Shown piece after piece: positions 46,089-56,424 of a DNA stretch of 64,000 nucleotides. A program made the translations under genes and the position numbers. Location of the stretch: contig JAAFKI010000010.1 in assembly GCA_021399345.1 (NCBI GenBank), forward strand, positions 19,696 to 83,695, in the 5' to 3' direction. The notes beneath the pieces were generated by a model that saw nothing but the letters and a program-made list of their open reading frames with translations, was not told where the DNA came from and searched no databases. Source of the stretch: Candidatus Heimdallarchaeota archaeon (lineage in GTDB: Archaea > Asgardarchaeota > Heimdallarchaeia > Heimdallarchaeales > Heimdallarchaeaceae). Within the stretch, counting starts at the first letter, position 1. Every line of letters starts with the position of its first letter.

Positions 46089-47285
46089 TTATTTATATCT
46101 CGCGGATGGGTCAGCATCAATATCATTAGCTTCTAATTTTCCAATTCTAGTATCTTCACCTAATTTGACTTTATCAGCAATGATGTGATCTACACGTCCT
46201 CCATCATCAACTTCCACATTATCAGCTCTTAGAATTCCTCTTACTCTAGAATTCTCTCCAACATAAACAAATTTGGCAATAGCTTCATCGGCAGTCATGC
46301 TACCTTCAATCTTTATCTCATTAGCTTCAAGTGTGGAAGCTGATAAAGATCCATTGATTTGTAAATCTCCTTCAAGCTTTAGATTTCCTTCTGCTCCACA
46401 AGAACCATTAATAGTTAGTTCATTACCAGCTGCATTATCACCCATTGTAAAGGCACCATTGACTTTGATAGTATCAAATTTGAAATTTGTTCCAACTTTG
46501 GTAGAACCATTTATTTCTAGATTCTGAATTGCTGATTCATCACCAAAACCACAAGCTCCATTACAACTTACTGTAGGGGCTACTATGTTTCCTGTGCATT
46601 TGAAAGCGCCACCAACATTCAATTCTTTTTCGATTTTTGAAGTTTCTATCTTTGCTGCTCCTCCAATTTCAACAGAATTTGAAATGAGTTCATAACAGGA
46701 TAAAGACCCGCCTATATCAACTTCAGGAGCTTCTAGTATTCCCTCAATTTTAGCAGATCCAGATAATTGAAAATCAGTTTTTACAGTAACATTAGCTTGA
46801 GCTTTTAATGATCCATTAACTTCTAGGTCATCAGCACTTAAATCCATTCCATGTTTGGCGGATCCATTTATTTCGTATTCACCAACTCGTGCAACACCAT
46901 GTACAACACAAGATCCATTTATTTCCAAATCATCACAAGAAAGATCTTTTTCTACTTCTAAGGCTCCTTCTATCTCTGCTTCATTACATTCTAACGAGCC
47001 AATAATTTCTAGTACAGAACCATTCCTTACACCTTTACTATGAACTTTCACTTCTTGAGCTTTAACATCACCTTCAATCTCAAGAAATCCATTGGAGTGC
47101 ATAATCTCTTCTGCAGAAACAGATCCTTTGATTATGATATCTCCTCTACTAAGTAACCTACCATCAACAGTTAATCTTTCAGCACTTTTTGGAACGACAA
47201 TTGTAGCTCCATCTTGTATTTCTAAATCACCATCAACATGGGTTAGTTCGATTTCTTCTTCTTCTTTGACTATTGTTTTTCCCAT
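46089..47285 (-). CDS. giant bactofilin-like (polymer-forming cytoskeletal, DUF583-type) beta-helical repeat protein
   Basis: About 398 aa of near-continuous 17-20-aa repeats (LEINGSCVV, YEINGSAKH, LEVNGSLKA, VDIGGSLSC, VEIGGAAKI, LNVGGAFKC, LEINGSTKV, IKVNGAFTM, LTINGSCGA, LQINGSLSA). No signal peptide. ATG at 47285 after GTGA; the track start is GTG at 47294. Confidence 0.6.
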   Translation of the reverse strand: MGKTIVKEEEEIELTHVDGDLEIQDGATIVVPKSAERLTVDGRLLSRGDIIIKGSVSAEEIMHSNGFLEIEGDVKAQEVKVHSKGVRNGSVLEIIGSLECNEAEIEGALEVEKDLSCDDLEINGSCVVHGVARVGEYEINGSAKHGMDLSADDLEVNGSLKAQANVTVKTDFQLSGSAKIEGILEAPEVDIGGSLSCYELISNSVEIGGAAKIETSKIEKELNVGGAFKCTGNIVAPTVSCNGACGFGDESAIQNLEINGSTKVGTNFKFDTIKVNGAFTMGDNAAGNELTINGSCGAEGNLKLEGDLQINGSLSASTLEANEIKIEGSMTADEAIAKFVYVGENSRVRGILRADNVEVDDGGRVDHIIADKVKLGEDTRIGKLEANDIDADPSARYK

Positions 47286-47391
47286 TTTATTCACTTTGTT
47301 TTACTTGTTCCATGCAAATACTCTCTTCTATATTTAAAAAGAAACAACACAAGTTGTGACCATAAGGTGTACATTTTCCGTAAAATAGTTG

Positions 47392-47399
47392 TATATAAA
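47392..47399 (+). promoter_or_regulatory. TATA-box candidate for the S9 peptidase gene
   Basis: TATATAAA lies about 37-44 nt upstream of the ATG at 47436, in a divergent intergenic region. Confidence 0.3.
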
Positions 47400-47435
47400 T
47401 AATAAAGGCTTTTAAAAAAAACAAGATGGTTTCTT

Positions 47436-49256
47436 ATGTCAGATGATTTGATTGAAAAATTAGCTCGAATTCCACAGTTTTATATGCCCTCATTAAACCA
47501 TTCAAAGGATGAAATTGCTTTTTATTGGGATATTACTGGGAGAATTGAACTTTATGTAATGAATCTATCCTCTGGTGACTATAAACAAATTAGTAATGGC
47601 GAGGTACCAAGAGCACTTAGATCTGGTTATCTGTGGACTAGAGATAATAAAGGTATTATCTTCGCTAAGGATAAAGATGGTGATGAAAAACACGATCTTT
47701 ATCTTCTTAATTTAACAACAAAGGAAATAGAACAACTAACCAATACACCTTCATTCCAGGAACATGTTGCACATTCAAGCCCCGATGGAAAACAATTACT
47801 CTTTCGCTCTACTAGAAATGGACAAATGAATTTATTTAGTCTTGATTTTGAAACCAAAGAAATTAAAGAATTAACCAATTATCCAAGACCTGTTATAGGA
47901 GCTTTGTGGAGTCCCCAGAATGACTTCATTGTTTTTGGATATAATGATACAGAAAATTTCCAAAATGGTGATATCTGGATTATGGAACCAGACGGTTCAA
48001 ATCAAAGAAAGCTCTTAAGTTTGAAAATAGGTTCTAGAGATGGCGTAACAGATATTTCTGAGGATGGGAAACTGCTTGCTGTAACTTCTGATTTTGAAGG
48101 GAATTCTAGAGCAGGCGTTTATAATTTAGATACAGATGAGATTAAATGGTTTGGTGATGGTAAGTATCAAGAATATTCTGGAAAGTTATCAAAGAATAGC
48201 GAATTCTTGGTCTGCATTAGAAATTCTAAAGCTACAATCTCTCCCTTAATCTATGATTTAGATTCTGGTAAGGTAAGAATCCTTGATTTTCCTCCAGGGA
48301 TTGCCGCTGGAAATGCAATAACAAGAAATGACGAATCATTGATGGTAACCTTAAATTCATCTACGAGCCCAAGTAAGTTAATTAAGTATGATTTGAATGA
48401 GGATAAGATTGAAGAGCTTATACCTTCTCATCTTGGTGATTTAGATCTTGATTTCTTTATAACAGACGATTATGTTGAATATCCATCAACAGATAATCTT
48501 ACTATAGGTGCTGTACTTTACAAACCAAAAAATATCGAAATGGGTAAGAAATTACCTGCACTAGTACAAGTACATGGTGGTCCCACTAGTCAGTATCTCC
48601 GAAATTTCAGTATGTTTGATCAGATACTTGTCAACAATGGTTTCGTTATTCTCAAACCTAATTTTCGCGGTTCAACAGGGTATGGTAGAGATTTTCAAGA
48701 CTTAAACGTCGAGGATATAGGTGGTGGCGATTTTGAGGATGTTGTTGCTGGTGTTGATTATCTAAAAACTCTAGATTATGTTGATTCTAGTAGAATAGGT
48801 ATCTTTGGTGGTTCATATGGTGGATATATGACTTTTTGGGCTACTGTAAAGAAACCAGATATTTGGAAAGCTGGTGCTGCAAGCGTTGGTATAACAGACT
48901 GGAAATTGCTATATGACGAAAGCATGCCTCATTTCAAATACTATCTTCATATGATGTTTGGAAAACCTGATGAAAAAGGGGACCTTTACAAGGAACGCTC
49001 CCCAATTCATTTTGTAGAAAATCTAAAGACACCTCTACTAATTGTTCATGGTACTCATGATCCACGCTGTCCAATAACCCAAGCAAGAATCTATAAAGAC
49101 AAAATGTTGGAGCTAGGTTGGAAAGAAGGAACTGAAGGAGAAAAAGCCTTTGAGTATGTAGAACATACCGATATTGGTCACGGTGGTTTCACCGATCAAG
49201 AATTCCGAATTCGGTCATTCAAGACAATATTAGATTTCTTTAAAAGAAGATTATAA
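47436..49256 (+). CDS. S9-family serine peptidase (prolyl oligopeptidase / acylaminoacyl-peptidase-like) with N-terminal beta-propeller
   Basis: WD/TolB-like repeats in the N-terminal 330 aa. Nucleophile elbow GGSYGGYM, with a late HGTHDPRCP (Asp) and a GHGG (His) region. Confidence 0.85.
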   Translation: MSDDLIEKLARIPQFYMPSLNHSKDEIAFYWDITGRIELYVMNLSSGDYKQISNGEVPRALRSGYLWTRDNKGIIFAKDKDGDEKHDLYLLNLTTKEIEQLTNTPSFQEHVAHSSPDGKQLLFRSTRNGQMNLFSLDFETKEIKELTNYPRPVIGALWSPQNDFIVFGYNDTENFQNGDIWIMEPDGSNQRKLLSLKIGSRDGVTDISEDGKLLAVTSDFEGNSRAGVYNLDTDEIKWFGDGKYQEYSGKLSKNSEFLVCIRNSKATISPLIYDLDSGKVRILDFPPGIAAGNAITRNDESLMVTLNSSTSPSKLIKYDLNEDKIEELIPSHLGDLDLDFFITDDYVEYPSTDNLTIGAVLYKPKNIEMGKKLPALVQVHGGPTSQYLRNFSMFDQILVNNGFVILKPNFRGSTGYGRDFQDLNVEDIGGGDFEDVVAGVDYLKTLDYVDSSRIGIFGGSYGGYMTFWATVKKPDIWKAGAASVGITDWKLLYDESMPHFKYYLHMMFGKPDEKGDLYKERSPIHFVENLKTPLLIVHGTHDPRCPITQARIYKDKMLELGWKEGTEGEKAFEYVEHTDIGHGGFTDQEFRIRSFKTILDFFKRRL

Positions 49257-49283
49257 TTAGGGGAATCCCATTCAATTATTTTT

Positions 49284-51101
49284 TTAATCTGTTTGAGTAG
49301 TAAGGGAATCTGCTCTTGTTTTAACAATCTTTTCTTCCCACAACCTTCTCATTTCAACACTTGTTTCTAATAAGTCGTCTAATTTACCTTGAGCATCTAT
49401 TTTTCCATCTTTCAATACAATAACATTATCAGCTCTTCGAAGTGCTATGGGGCGGTGAGAGACAGCTAAACAAGTTGATACTCCACTTCTGTCAAAAACT
49501 CTTTTCCAGAGTTTTTGTTCTGTTTCAACATCAAGAGCACTTGATAGATCATCAAAAATATATATTTCTGAATCTCTTGCAAACATTCTTGCTGCCGCTA
49601 ATCGTTGTCTTTGACCTCCTGATAGTTTGACACCTTTTGGACCAATTAATGTATCCAAGCCTTTCTCGAAATCTAAAACTTCCTTATCAATTACAGCCAG
49701 TTTCAAGGAATCTTCAATATCAACAGATTCCTCAGGTAATCCCATTAGTATATTATCTTTAACTGTCTCACTAAAGAGACGTGGAACTTGTGATGTAAAA
49801 GCTGTTATTGGTGGTACAAAGAATTCATCTGGTTTTTCAACCTCCTTCCCATTCCACAGAAGCAACCCTTCATCCTTTGGTAGTAAACCAATTAAAGTTC
49901 GTAGGAGAGTAGTTTTCCCTGAACCTATTCTACCTGTGATTACTGTAAACGATCCTTTAGCTAATGAAAGACTAACATCCTTGATACCTTTATCTGAATC
50001 TGGATAAGTATAGGATAGATTCTTTACCTCAAAATTCACCAATTTGTTTTCTTCATCAATGTTCAACGCTTGTATTTTTGGATATGTTTCTTTGATATAG
50101 ATTGGACCATGCCTAACCAAATTAAATTCTGTGACTTCAGAATCTTCACTCTTTATTAGCTTAAACATCCTTTCAAGTGAAACTTTAGTACGCATGTATC
50201 TTGGAACCATGTCTCCCATGTCCCAGATGAATTCTCCAAGTTCCCCTAATAACACAACAAAAAATGCTAAATCACCTACTGAAAACAAACCACTTTGCAT
50301 GTTATTTCCAACAAGCAACAGTATGGTACCTATTCCCAAATAGACTGTAACATAGTAAATGGAGTGAATTAAACGATGGAAGAATTCATCTTTTACTTCA
50401 GCTATTTTTCTCTTTCTATTAATCTCACCAAAATAATCGAGTACATGATATTCAGCTGTTGCAACCTTAATTGATTGGACCGATCTGAAGATTTCTCCGA
50501 TTGTTCGTGTTACTGCGCCTGCAGCTTTTCGACGATCTTTTCTTAGCCTTGTAAAAATTGGTCTTGTAAAGAAAACCAATATCATCATAAACAAAAATGG
50601 AATACTTACAAATGCTGTTACTTTCCAGTTAATATCTCTCATAAGATAGAAGGATATTCCTGTAAAGATACCTAAGCTAAAGAAGGATGTAAGGTGATAC
50701 ACAAACCACATAACCTCTTCTATATCTCCTCTGAATCTGGAAACAGCTTCTCCTGGTGAATCAGGAAGTGCAACAGCTCCTGGTTTCTTGAAAATTCCAA
50801 GTAACATATTTCTCCTAATTAGTATTCTACTAGCTAGAATGAAAACCCACATTGTGAAAATGAAAACAAAATCTCCAACAAGTCGCATAGTTAGGGTTAG
50901 AGGAAGAACTAGAAGTACTAAAACCCAAATATTGACAACTATATTCCAACCTGCTATCCCCTCTAGTTGTTTGAAAATCTCTCTAGCTATTATAGCTGCT
51001 GCTAAGGGTTGAAGGAAGAACAATATATCTGAGAGAAAACCTGCAAAAACCAATCCTGGTTTATAACGCAACATTCTCCAAGATAACCTTAATACTTTCA
51101 T
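49284..51101 (-). CDS. ABC exporter half-transporter (TMD-NBD), degenerate-Walker-B partner
   Basis: Six-TM domain, Walker [10 protein letters not shown] and signature LSGGQRQR. Walker B is IYIFDDLSS, with Asp where the catalytic Glu normally sits. Confidence 0.9.
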   Translation of the reverse strand: MKVLRLSWRMLRYKPGLVFAGFLSDILFFLQPLAAAIIAREIFKQLEGIAGWNIVVNIWVLVLLVLPLTLTMRLVGDFVFIFTMWVFILASRILIRRNMLLGIFKKPGAVALPDSPGEAVSRFRGDIEEVMWFVYHLTSFFSLGIFTGISFYLMRDINWKVTAFVSIPFLFMMILVFFTRPIFTRLRKDRRKAAGAVTRTIGEIFRSVQSIKVATAEYHVLDYFGEINRKRKIAEVKDEFFHRLIHSIYYVTVYLGIGTILLLVGNNMQSGLFSVGDLAFFVVLLGELGEFIWDMGDMVPRYMRTKVSLERMFKLIKSEDSEVTEFNLVRHGPIYIKETYPKIQALNIDEENKLVNFEVKNLSYTYPDSDKGIKDVSLSLAKGSFTVITGRIGSGKTTLLRTLIGLLPKDEGLLLWNGKEVEKPDEFFVPPITAFTSQVPRLFSETVKDNILMGLPEESVDIEDSLKLAVIDKEVLDFEKGLDTLIGPKGVKLSGGQRQRLAAARMFARDSEIYIFDDLSSALDVETEQKLWKRVFDRSGVSTCLAVSHRPIALRRADNVIVLKDGKIDAQGKLDDLLETSVEMRRLWEEKIVKTRADSLTTQTD

Positions 51102-52915
51102 TTCAACAACTCCTCAATTTCTCCAGTTTGTAGCAATTGATAGAATTTTGATTTTGTATCATTTGCTAGCTCCTCTCTTTTTCCATATTCGATTATTTTC
51201 CCTTTATCAATAAGCAGAACATCATCAACTTTTTCCAGTGTTGCTAGCCGATGAGCGATTAATATACCTGTTCTATTAATAAGCAATTTTTCGATAGCTT
51301 GGTCAAGCAAATGCTCTGTAGCAGGATCTAGTCTTGATGAAGCTTCATCTAAAACAACTAAATTTGGGCTCTTAATGAATACTCTAGCTAAAGCTAACAG
51401 TTGAGCTTCACCAGCAGAAATTCCTTGCTCACTAGATGAAATAATTGTGTCTAAACCTTCTGGGAGCTTTTCCAACCAATTTCCTAGACCAATATCAAGC
51501 AGAATTGATTCAATGCGAATATCTGGTATTCTATTATCAAATAGTGTTACATTTTCTCTAACCGAAGCTTGGAATAACTCCACATTTTGTGTTACATAAG
51601 AGACTTTATCTCTTAAGTCCAGAAGTGATAAATCAGCAATTTTTGTATCATTTAATTTAATATTTCCATCACTTTGTTTTGTATCATATAATCTGAAGAT
51701 AAGTCTGGAAATTGTTGTTTTGCCACTACCTGTGTGTCCAACAATCCCCAAAGTTTGTCCAGGTTCAAGTTTGAAAGAGATATTCCTAAGAACGTAATCG
51801 TCTTCATTATAAGCAAAACTTAGATTATCAAATTCAATAGCTAAGGGACCAGATGATAATTTTTCTTTACCAATATCCTGAATCTTTGTTTCCATTTCAA
51901 ACAATTTGTTGATTCTGTCAATTGATGCCCCTGCTCTTTGAAGATCTTGCATTTGTCGTGTAATAACAAATATGGGTCGAAGCAATATCCCAGCAAATAT
52001 TTGAATTAAGAATACTGTACCTAAAGATATCACACCTGTTTTAACCAAAGGAATACTTGGAGCGAAAATCAGTGTGTTGATGATAGCGATAACTACCCAT
52101 ATAGACATTACAAAGACTTGACCTCGAAATAAAGCTCTGCGAAAAGCTTTGAAATCCTTTCTAGATGCATTATGAAACTTGCGCATGACATTATCCACAC
52201 CTGCATTAGCACGGATGTCTTCTATTGCACTCAAGCTTTCTTCTATGGTTCCATACATATCTGCACTTGTTTGTCTTTGATTTTCCCAGGCTTTAACTGA
52301 GAAGTTTCTAAGAACATACATTACAATTATTGCCAAAATTGTGAAGGCTGTAAATGAAATTCCTATTATCCAATGTTTAGTGTATAATACTGCAAGAGAT
52401 CCAATGATTACGAGTAGTGATGTAATTAACTGAACTGAGAATTGTGACAAGAAAGTAGCTAAGGTGTTTACGTCACCGTCAATTCTTTCAATCATCTCTC
52501 CTGGTTTATGTTCATTATGAAATGTCATATCTAAATTTACACAATGTTTGGTTAAATCGAATCTAAGCATGTTTGTTGCCGACCATGAAAGATTTTGACT
52601 CAAATAAACTGACCCTAAGGTAATCAACTGTTGAGTAACCATCAGAACGATATATGCACCTGCTAACAATAATAGAACTCGATTAATTGAATTTAGACTT
52701 ACAATAGGAATCTGTTTTCCTACCCAAAACACATTTATGTCTTGAATTGGGAAACCTCTGGTCGCTAAATCAATGAATCTCTCAATGATTAAAGGTGAGA
52801 AAATTAGTAGAACGGTTCCACTACTTAATAGGAAAGCTAACAATAACACCCTTCTCTTGAAAGGTGCTAGGTACTTCTTCTGTACCTCCCAATATTTTTG
52901 TAGTGGAATTTTCAT
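51098..52915 (-). CDS. ABC exporter half-transporter (TMD-NBD), degenerate-signature partner
   Basis: Walker [10 protein letters not shown] and canonical Walker B VVLDEASS, but the signature is ISAGEAQ instead of LSGGQ. 4-bp overlap with the downstream partner gene. Confidence 0.9.
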   Translation of the reverse strand: MKIPLQKYWEVQKKYLAPFKRRVLLLAFLLSSGTVLLIFSPLIIERFIDLATRGFPIQDINVFWVGKQIPIVSLNSINRVLLLLAGAYIVLMVTQQLITLGSVYLSQNLSWSATNMLRFDLTKHCVNLDMTFHNEHKPGEMIERIDGDVNTLATFLSQFSVQLITSLLVIIGSLAVLYTKHWIIGISFTAFTILAIIVMYVLRNFSVKAWENQRQTSADMYGTIEESLSAIEDIRANAGVDNVMRKFHNASRKDFKAFRRALFRGQVFVMSIWVVIAIINTLIFAPSIPLVKTGVISLGTVFLIQIFAGILLRPIFVITRQMQDLQRAGASIDRINKLFEMETKIQDIGKEKLSSGPLAIEFDNLSFAYNEDDYVLRNISFKLEPGQTLGIVGHTGSGKTTISRLIFRLYDTKQSDGNIKLNDTKIADLSLLDLRDKVSYVTQNVELFQASVRENVTLFDNRIPDIRIESILLDIGLGNWLEKLPEGLDTIISSSEQGISAGEAQLLALARVFIKSPNLVVLDEASSRLDPATEHLLDQAIEKLLINRTGILIAHRLATLEKVDDVLLIDKGKIIEYGKREELANDTKSKFYQLLQTGEIEELLK

Positions 52916-53000
52916 AGTCTTGGTTATTCGACAGAAGAGACTTATAAATTTAATTTTAATCGTTTGAAATAAAAAAGAAGATTTCTTGCTGTTGCAAGAG

Positions 53001-53735
53001 TTATTTTTCTGGTAATCTGGGTCTTATTGTTAGATAAAGCAAACCACCAAATAAAGGAACGCAGAATAAAATAAAGAGTTTCAAATTCTTCCATTCTCTT
53101 CTCTTCATGTCGCTCCAAATAATTATTGGGTAGAACAAGGTTAACAATGCAAAATCAATTGTCATTACCTGTATGAGCCGAACATTTAGAAAACTATCTG
53201 CAAAAACTCCCCATTTCCCATAGATACTAGCTGCAATTATCCCATACATTGCAATAGCCCTAGTGAGTTCGGACAAAATAATCCCTAAGGTGCGTGAATC
53301 AAATATTTTTGTGAACCATGTTTTTTTAGTCTTAGGGTTCTCCTTCTTCACTCCTCTTAATGCGAAGTATGGCATCATCCCATACATTCCTAGCCCAAAT
53401 GCCACTAATACAAAGGGCCAAGCAGGAATGAATCTTTCTCTACTTTCTATAAAGAGTATTGCAGCGTAAAGTAAAGCCCAGAGTCCTACAATCATAAAAA
53501 TGCTCCACTCTAGTGGATTAGTTTTACCGTAAACAAAGTTAAAATCTCCAAAGCCTGGATCACCATCTTGTTTAGCTGGTGCCCATATAAACATGTATAG
53601 AAGGGAACCAACCCATAATACTAGAAATAGCAAATTCGGACTTAGAAATTTCTTCCATGGAATACTAAATTCTTTGATAGATGATAGTAAGTTTCTTTGT
53701 TTTTGTTCAATTAATTCTTTTTTTGAATTTTCCAT
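53001..53735 (-). CDS. polytopic membrane protein (hypothetical)
   Basis: 244 aa with about 6 hydrophobic helices. No motif recognised. Confidence 0.5.
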   Translation of the reverse strand: MENSKKELIEQKQRNLLSSIKEFSIPWKKFLSPNLLFLVLWVGSLLYMFIWAPAKQDGDPGFGDFNFVYGKTNPLEWSIFMIVGLWALLYAAILFIESRERFIPAWPFVLVAFGLGMYGMMPYFALRGVKKENPKTKKTWFTKIFDSRTLGIILSELTRAIAMYGIIAASIYGKWGVFADSFLNVRLIQVMTIDFALLTLFYPIIIWSDMKRREWKNLKLFILFCVPLFGGLLYLTIRPRLPEK

Positions 53736-53760
53736 TTCAATATCTCCTTATGAGATTAAA

Positions 53761-54399
53761 TCATGTATTGAATGCTCTGTCACCCGCATCTCCTAAACCA
53801 GGAACAATGTACCCCTTTTCATTAAGTTCTTCATCAATTGCTCCAGCAATTATTATCACTTCAGGGAATTCTTTCAGTAATCTTTCTGTACCAAATCGAG
53901 ATGCTATTGCACATAGAATGATTATTTTGAGAGGTTTTTGCTCTTTGATTTGTTGGAGTGTAAAAAGTAATGTTGAACCACTTGCTAAAATTGGATCAAC
54001 AACTATTGCTATCTTATCTTCAAGATATGGAATGCTCGTGTATGTACAATCAATTCGAAAATCTCTTCCGTCTTCTTTGAGTTGTTTTCCTCTAGACGCA
54101 GATATTACTCCAACTTTAGCTTCTGGGAGAACCTCTAATACTCCTTCAGACATGGGTAGTGCTGCTCTTAAAATTGTAATAATTACAGTGTTTTTCTTTA
54201 TTTTTCTAAAATTACTTGTTCCAAAAGGTGTTTCAACTGGTAAAACTACTGTTTCCAAAAACATAGCAGATTCATAAGCCAAGTAATTACCAATTCGTTT
54301 AAGGCTTATCCTGAAATCTGCAGGATTTGTTTGTTTATTCCTTAACCTACCTACAATTTCGGAAATTAGAGTGCTAGTTTCACTACCGTTAATTAACAT
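53761..54399 (-). CDS. upp: uracil phosphoribosyltransferase
   Basis: ILRAALPM, the PRPP loop VVDPILASGST and a C-terminal PGLGDAGDRAFNT. Confidence 0.9.
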   Translation of the reverse strand: MLINGSETSTLISEIVGRLRNKQTNPADFRISLKRIGNYLAYESAMFLETVVLPVETPFGTSNFRKIKKNTVIITILRAALPMSEGVLEVLPEAKVGVISASRGKQLKEDGRDFRIDCTYTSIPYLEDKIAIVVDPILASGSTLLFTLQQIKEQKPLKIIILCAIASRFGTERLLKEFPEVIIIAGAIDEELNEKGYIVPGLGDAGDRAFNT

Positions 54400-54501
54400 T
54401 CAATCAATAGTATAAATTAGCTAGATTAAATATATTTTTCAAAAACAAAAGATAATTTAAGAGGATAAAAGTAATATACTTAATTTGGTTTATTTACCTT
54501 T

Positions 54502-55254
54502 GTGGCCTCTCATTCCAAAAATGGTTTCTTATTGATTCATGGATTAGGCAGTAATTGTACTGTAATGAGGCCATTGGAGGATTTCCTAACAAATAAAGGT
54601 TTTAAGGTTCTCAACATCACTCTTCCGGGTCATAATACTTCCTCAAAGGATTTACTAAAGATTGGCTGGCAAGATTGGGTACATTATTGTCAAGGAAAAC
54701 TAGAGCTTCTCATGGAAGAATGTCCAACAACTTTCATTGTTGGAACTTCCTTAGGTGGTGTCCTTGCACTCTATTTAGCTGCAATAAATCCTGAGTTGAG
54801 TGGAGTAATAAGTTGTGCAACAGCTGTAAAACCCTATAATTTCCTATCATGGTTTGTTGTAAATTTCAGATTCATACATTATTTTGTTCGCTGGATAAAA
54901 ATTGAGAAAATAAGTTCAAAATTTATTGGTAATCCACAAAATTGGGAGGCTTACAAGAAAATACCTGTGAAGAGTCTTGTAGAAATTGCAAAATTACTAG
55001 ATGAGCTTAATCCCATTCTGGGAAATATTAAACAGCCCATATTAATTGTTCATAGTGAGAATGATGAAGCTGTATCAATAAAAGGTATAACGCAAATTAC
55101 TTCTTCAATCAGTTCGAAGGACCAAAGCATTGCTAGAATAAGCAAAGGTGGCCATGTAATTATGTTAGATGAAGGTTGTACCCAGGCTCTTACAGAAATA
55201 GAAAACTGGATAGATGTGAGAATATCGAAAATTGATTTTAATTTATTTAATTAG
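54502..55254 (+). CDS. alpha/beta-hydrolase (carboxylesterase / monoacylglycerol-lipase-like)
   Basis: LLIHGLGSN oxyanion region, nucleophile elbow GTSLGG, a late SENDEAV (Asp) and GGHVIM (His). GTG start. Confidence 0.8.
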   Translation: MASHSKNGFLLIHGLGSNCTVMRPLEDFLTNKGFKVLNITLPGHNTSSKDLLKIGWQDWVHYCQGKLELLMEECPTTFIVGTSLGGVLALYLAAINPELSGVISCATAVKPYNFLSWFVVNFRFIHYFVRWIKIEKISSKFIGNPQNWEAYKKIPVKSLVEIAKLLDELNPILGNIKQPILIVHSENDEAVSIKGITQITSSISSKDQSIARISKGGHVIMLDEGCTQALTEIENWIDVRISKIDFNLFN

Positions 55255-55314
55255 ATATATAAGTGTGATAATGGTTTTTTACATATTAAGACTTGTAACG
55301 TAGGATTGAGTATT

Positions 55315-56388
55315 ATGACTGAAAAATTTGATATTAATCAAATCAAAGTAGAACAAGCTAACTTGTTGAATTATACAAAAGAAGATTGGAATCTATATCA
55401 CGAGTATAGAAGAATTAGACATTCTGAAGCAAATCCTGATGATCCTTTTGTTGATGATGAATCTACAGAAAAATCTCTGAAGATGCAAGTAAATCATCCT
55501 GAATTTGATTTTCAATTCTCTGCTATTATTGATAGTTCGACAAACAAATTTGTAGGTAGAGTTGTTTATGGCGGATTCCGTGAAACATCAGCATCTTACG
55601 AAGGTAATAAACATTTACTACAATTTGATTTAGTTCTTCTGAAAAAATATCGGAACAGGGGAATTGAAACTATAGCAATGAAGCAAATATATGAATATGG
55701 AAAGAAGAAGAGCAAATCTATTCTAATTTCAGGTTCAGATGAAGAAGATGGAAAAGCTTTTCTAAAGGCAATTGGTGCTCAAACGGCTCTAGCAGGCATT
55801 GAAAATCGTTTAAAAATGGAAGAAGTTGATTGGAGCATGATTGAAACATGGGTTAAGGAAGGTCCAGAACGTTCTCCAGATACAAAACTTAAGCTAGTCT
55901 ATTCCATCCCTGATGATATTCTTGAGAAGTATTGCACAGTATATACTGAGACACTTAATCAACAACCTCTTGGAGATCTCGATGTGAACGATATTGTTTA
56001 TACTCCTGAACTTTTCAGAGATACAGAAAAACGAAGAGAAGCGCTTGGAAGAAAGCATATAACTTTCTATACCATAGAGCCGAATGAGGATATATCAGGG
56101 TTAACTGAGATGGAATACCGACCTGAAAGGGAGACTATTGTCGAACAACTTCTCACTGGTGTACAAGAAAAGTATCGTGGCCGTGGTCTTGGAAAATGGT
56201 TGAAAGCTGAGATGTTGCTAAAGGTAAAGGAAGAATTTCCAAAAGCAAATATCATTTCAACAGGAAATGCAACAATTAATGCCCCAATGCTTTCCATTAA
56301 TGATCGACTTGGATTTAAACCTCATAAAGAGGGAATTACTGCTCAACTGACACTAGAAAATCTAGAAAAATACTTGGAAGATAAATAA
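55315..56388 (+). CDS. tandem-domain GNAT-family acetyltransferase
   Basis: Two GNAT-like cores (LLKKYRNRGIETIAM... and VQEKYRGRGLGKWLKAE...INDRLGF). ATG at 55315; the track start is TTG at 55306. Confidence 0.7.
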   Translation: MTEKFDINQIKVEQANLLNYTKEDWNLYHEYRRIRHSEANPDDPFVDDESTEKSLKMQVNHPEFDFQFSAIIDSSTNKFVGRVVYGGFRETSASYEGNKHLLQFDLVLLKKYRNRGIETIAMKQIYEYGKKKSKSILISGSDEEDGKAFLKAIGAQTALAGIENRLKMEEVDWSMIETWVKEGPERSPDTKLKLVYSIPDDILEKYCTVYTETLNQQPLGDLDVNDIVYTPELFRDTEKRREALGRKHITFYTIEPNEDISGLTEMEYRPERETIVEQLLTGVQEKYRGRGLGKWLKAEMLLKVKEEFPKANIISTGNATINAPMLSINDRLGFKPHKEGITAQLTLENLEKYLEDK

Positions 56389-56424
56389 ATTACTTATTTT
56401 CTCTTTTTTATTATATGTAAATAG

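Noticed and set aside
49627-50007. 126-aa plus-strand ORF (and similar ORFs at 50131-50343 and 50788-51012)
   Set aside because: Antisense to the ABC transporter gene, which has clear Walker and signature motifs.
53681-54277. 198-aa plus-strand ORF
   Set aside because: It lies entirely antisense to upp, whose PRPP-binding and GLGDAGDR motifs are unambiguous. The translation is low-complexity and Ser/Ile-rich, as expected for the reverse frame of an AT-rich gene.
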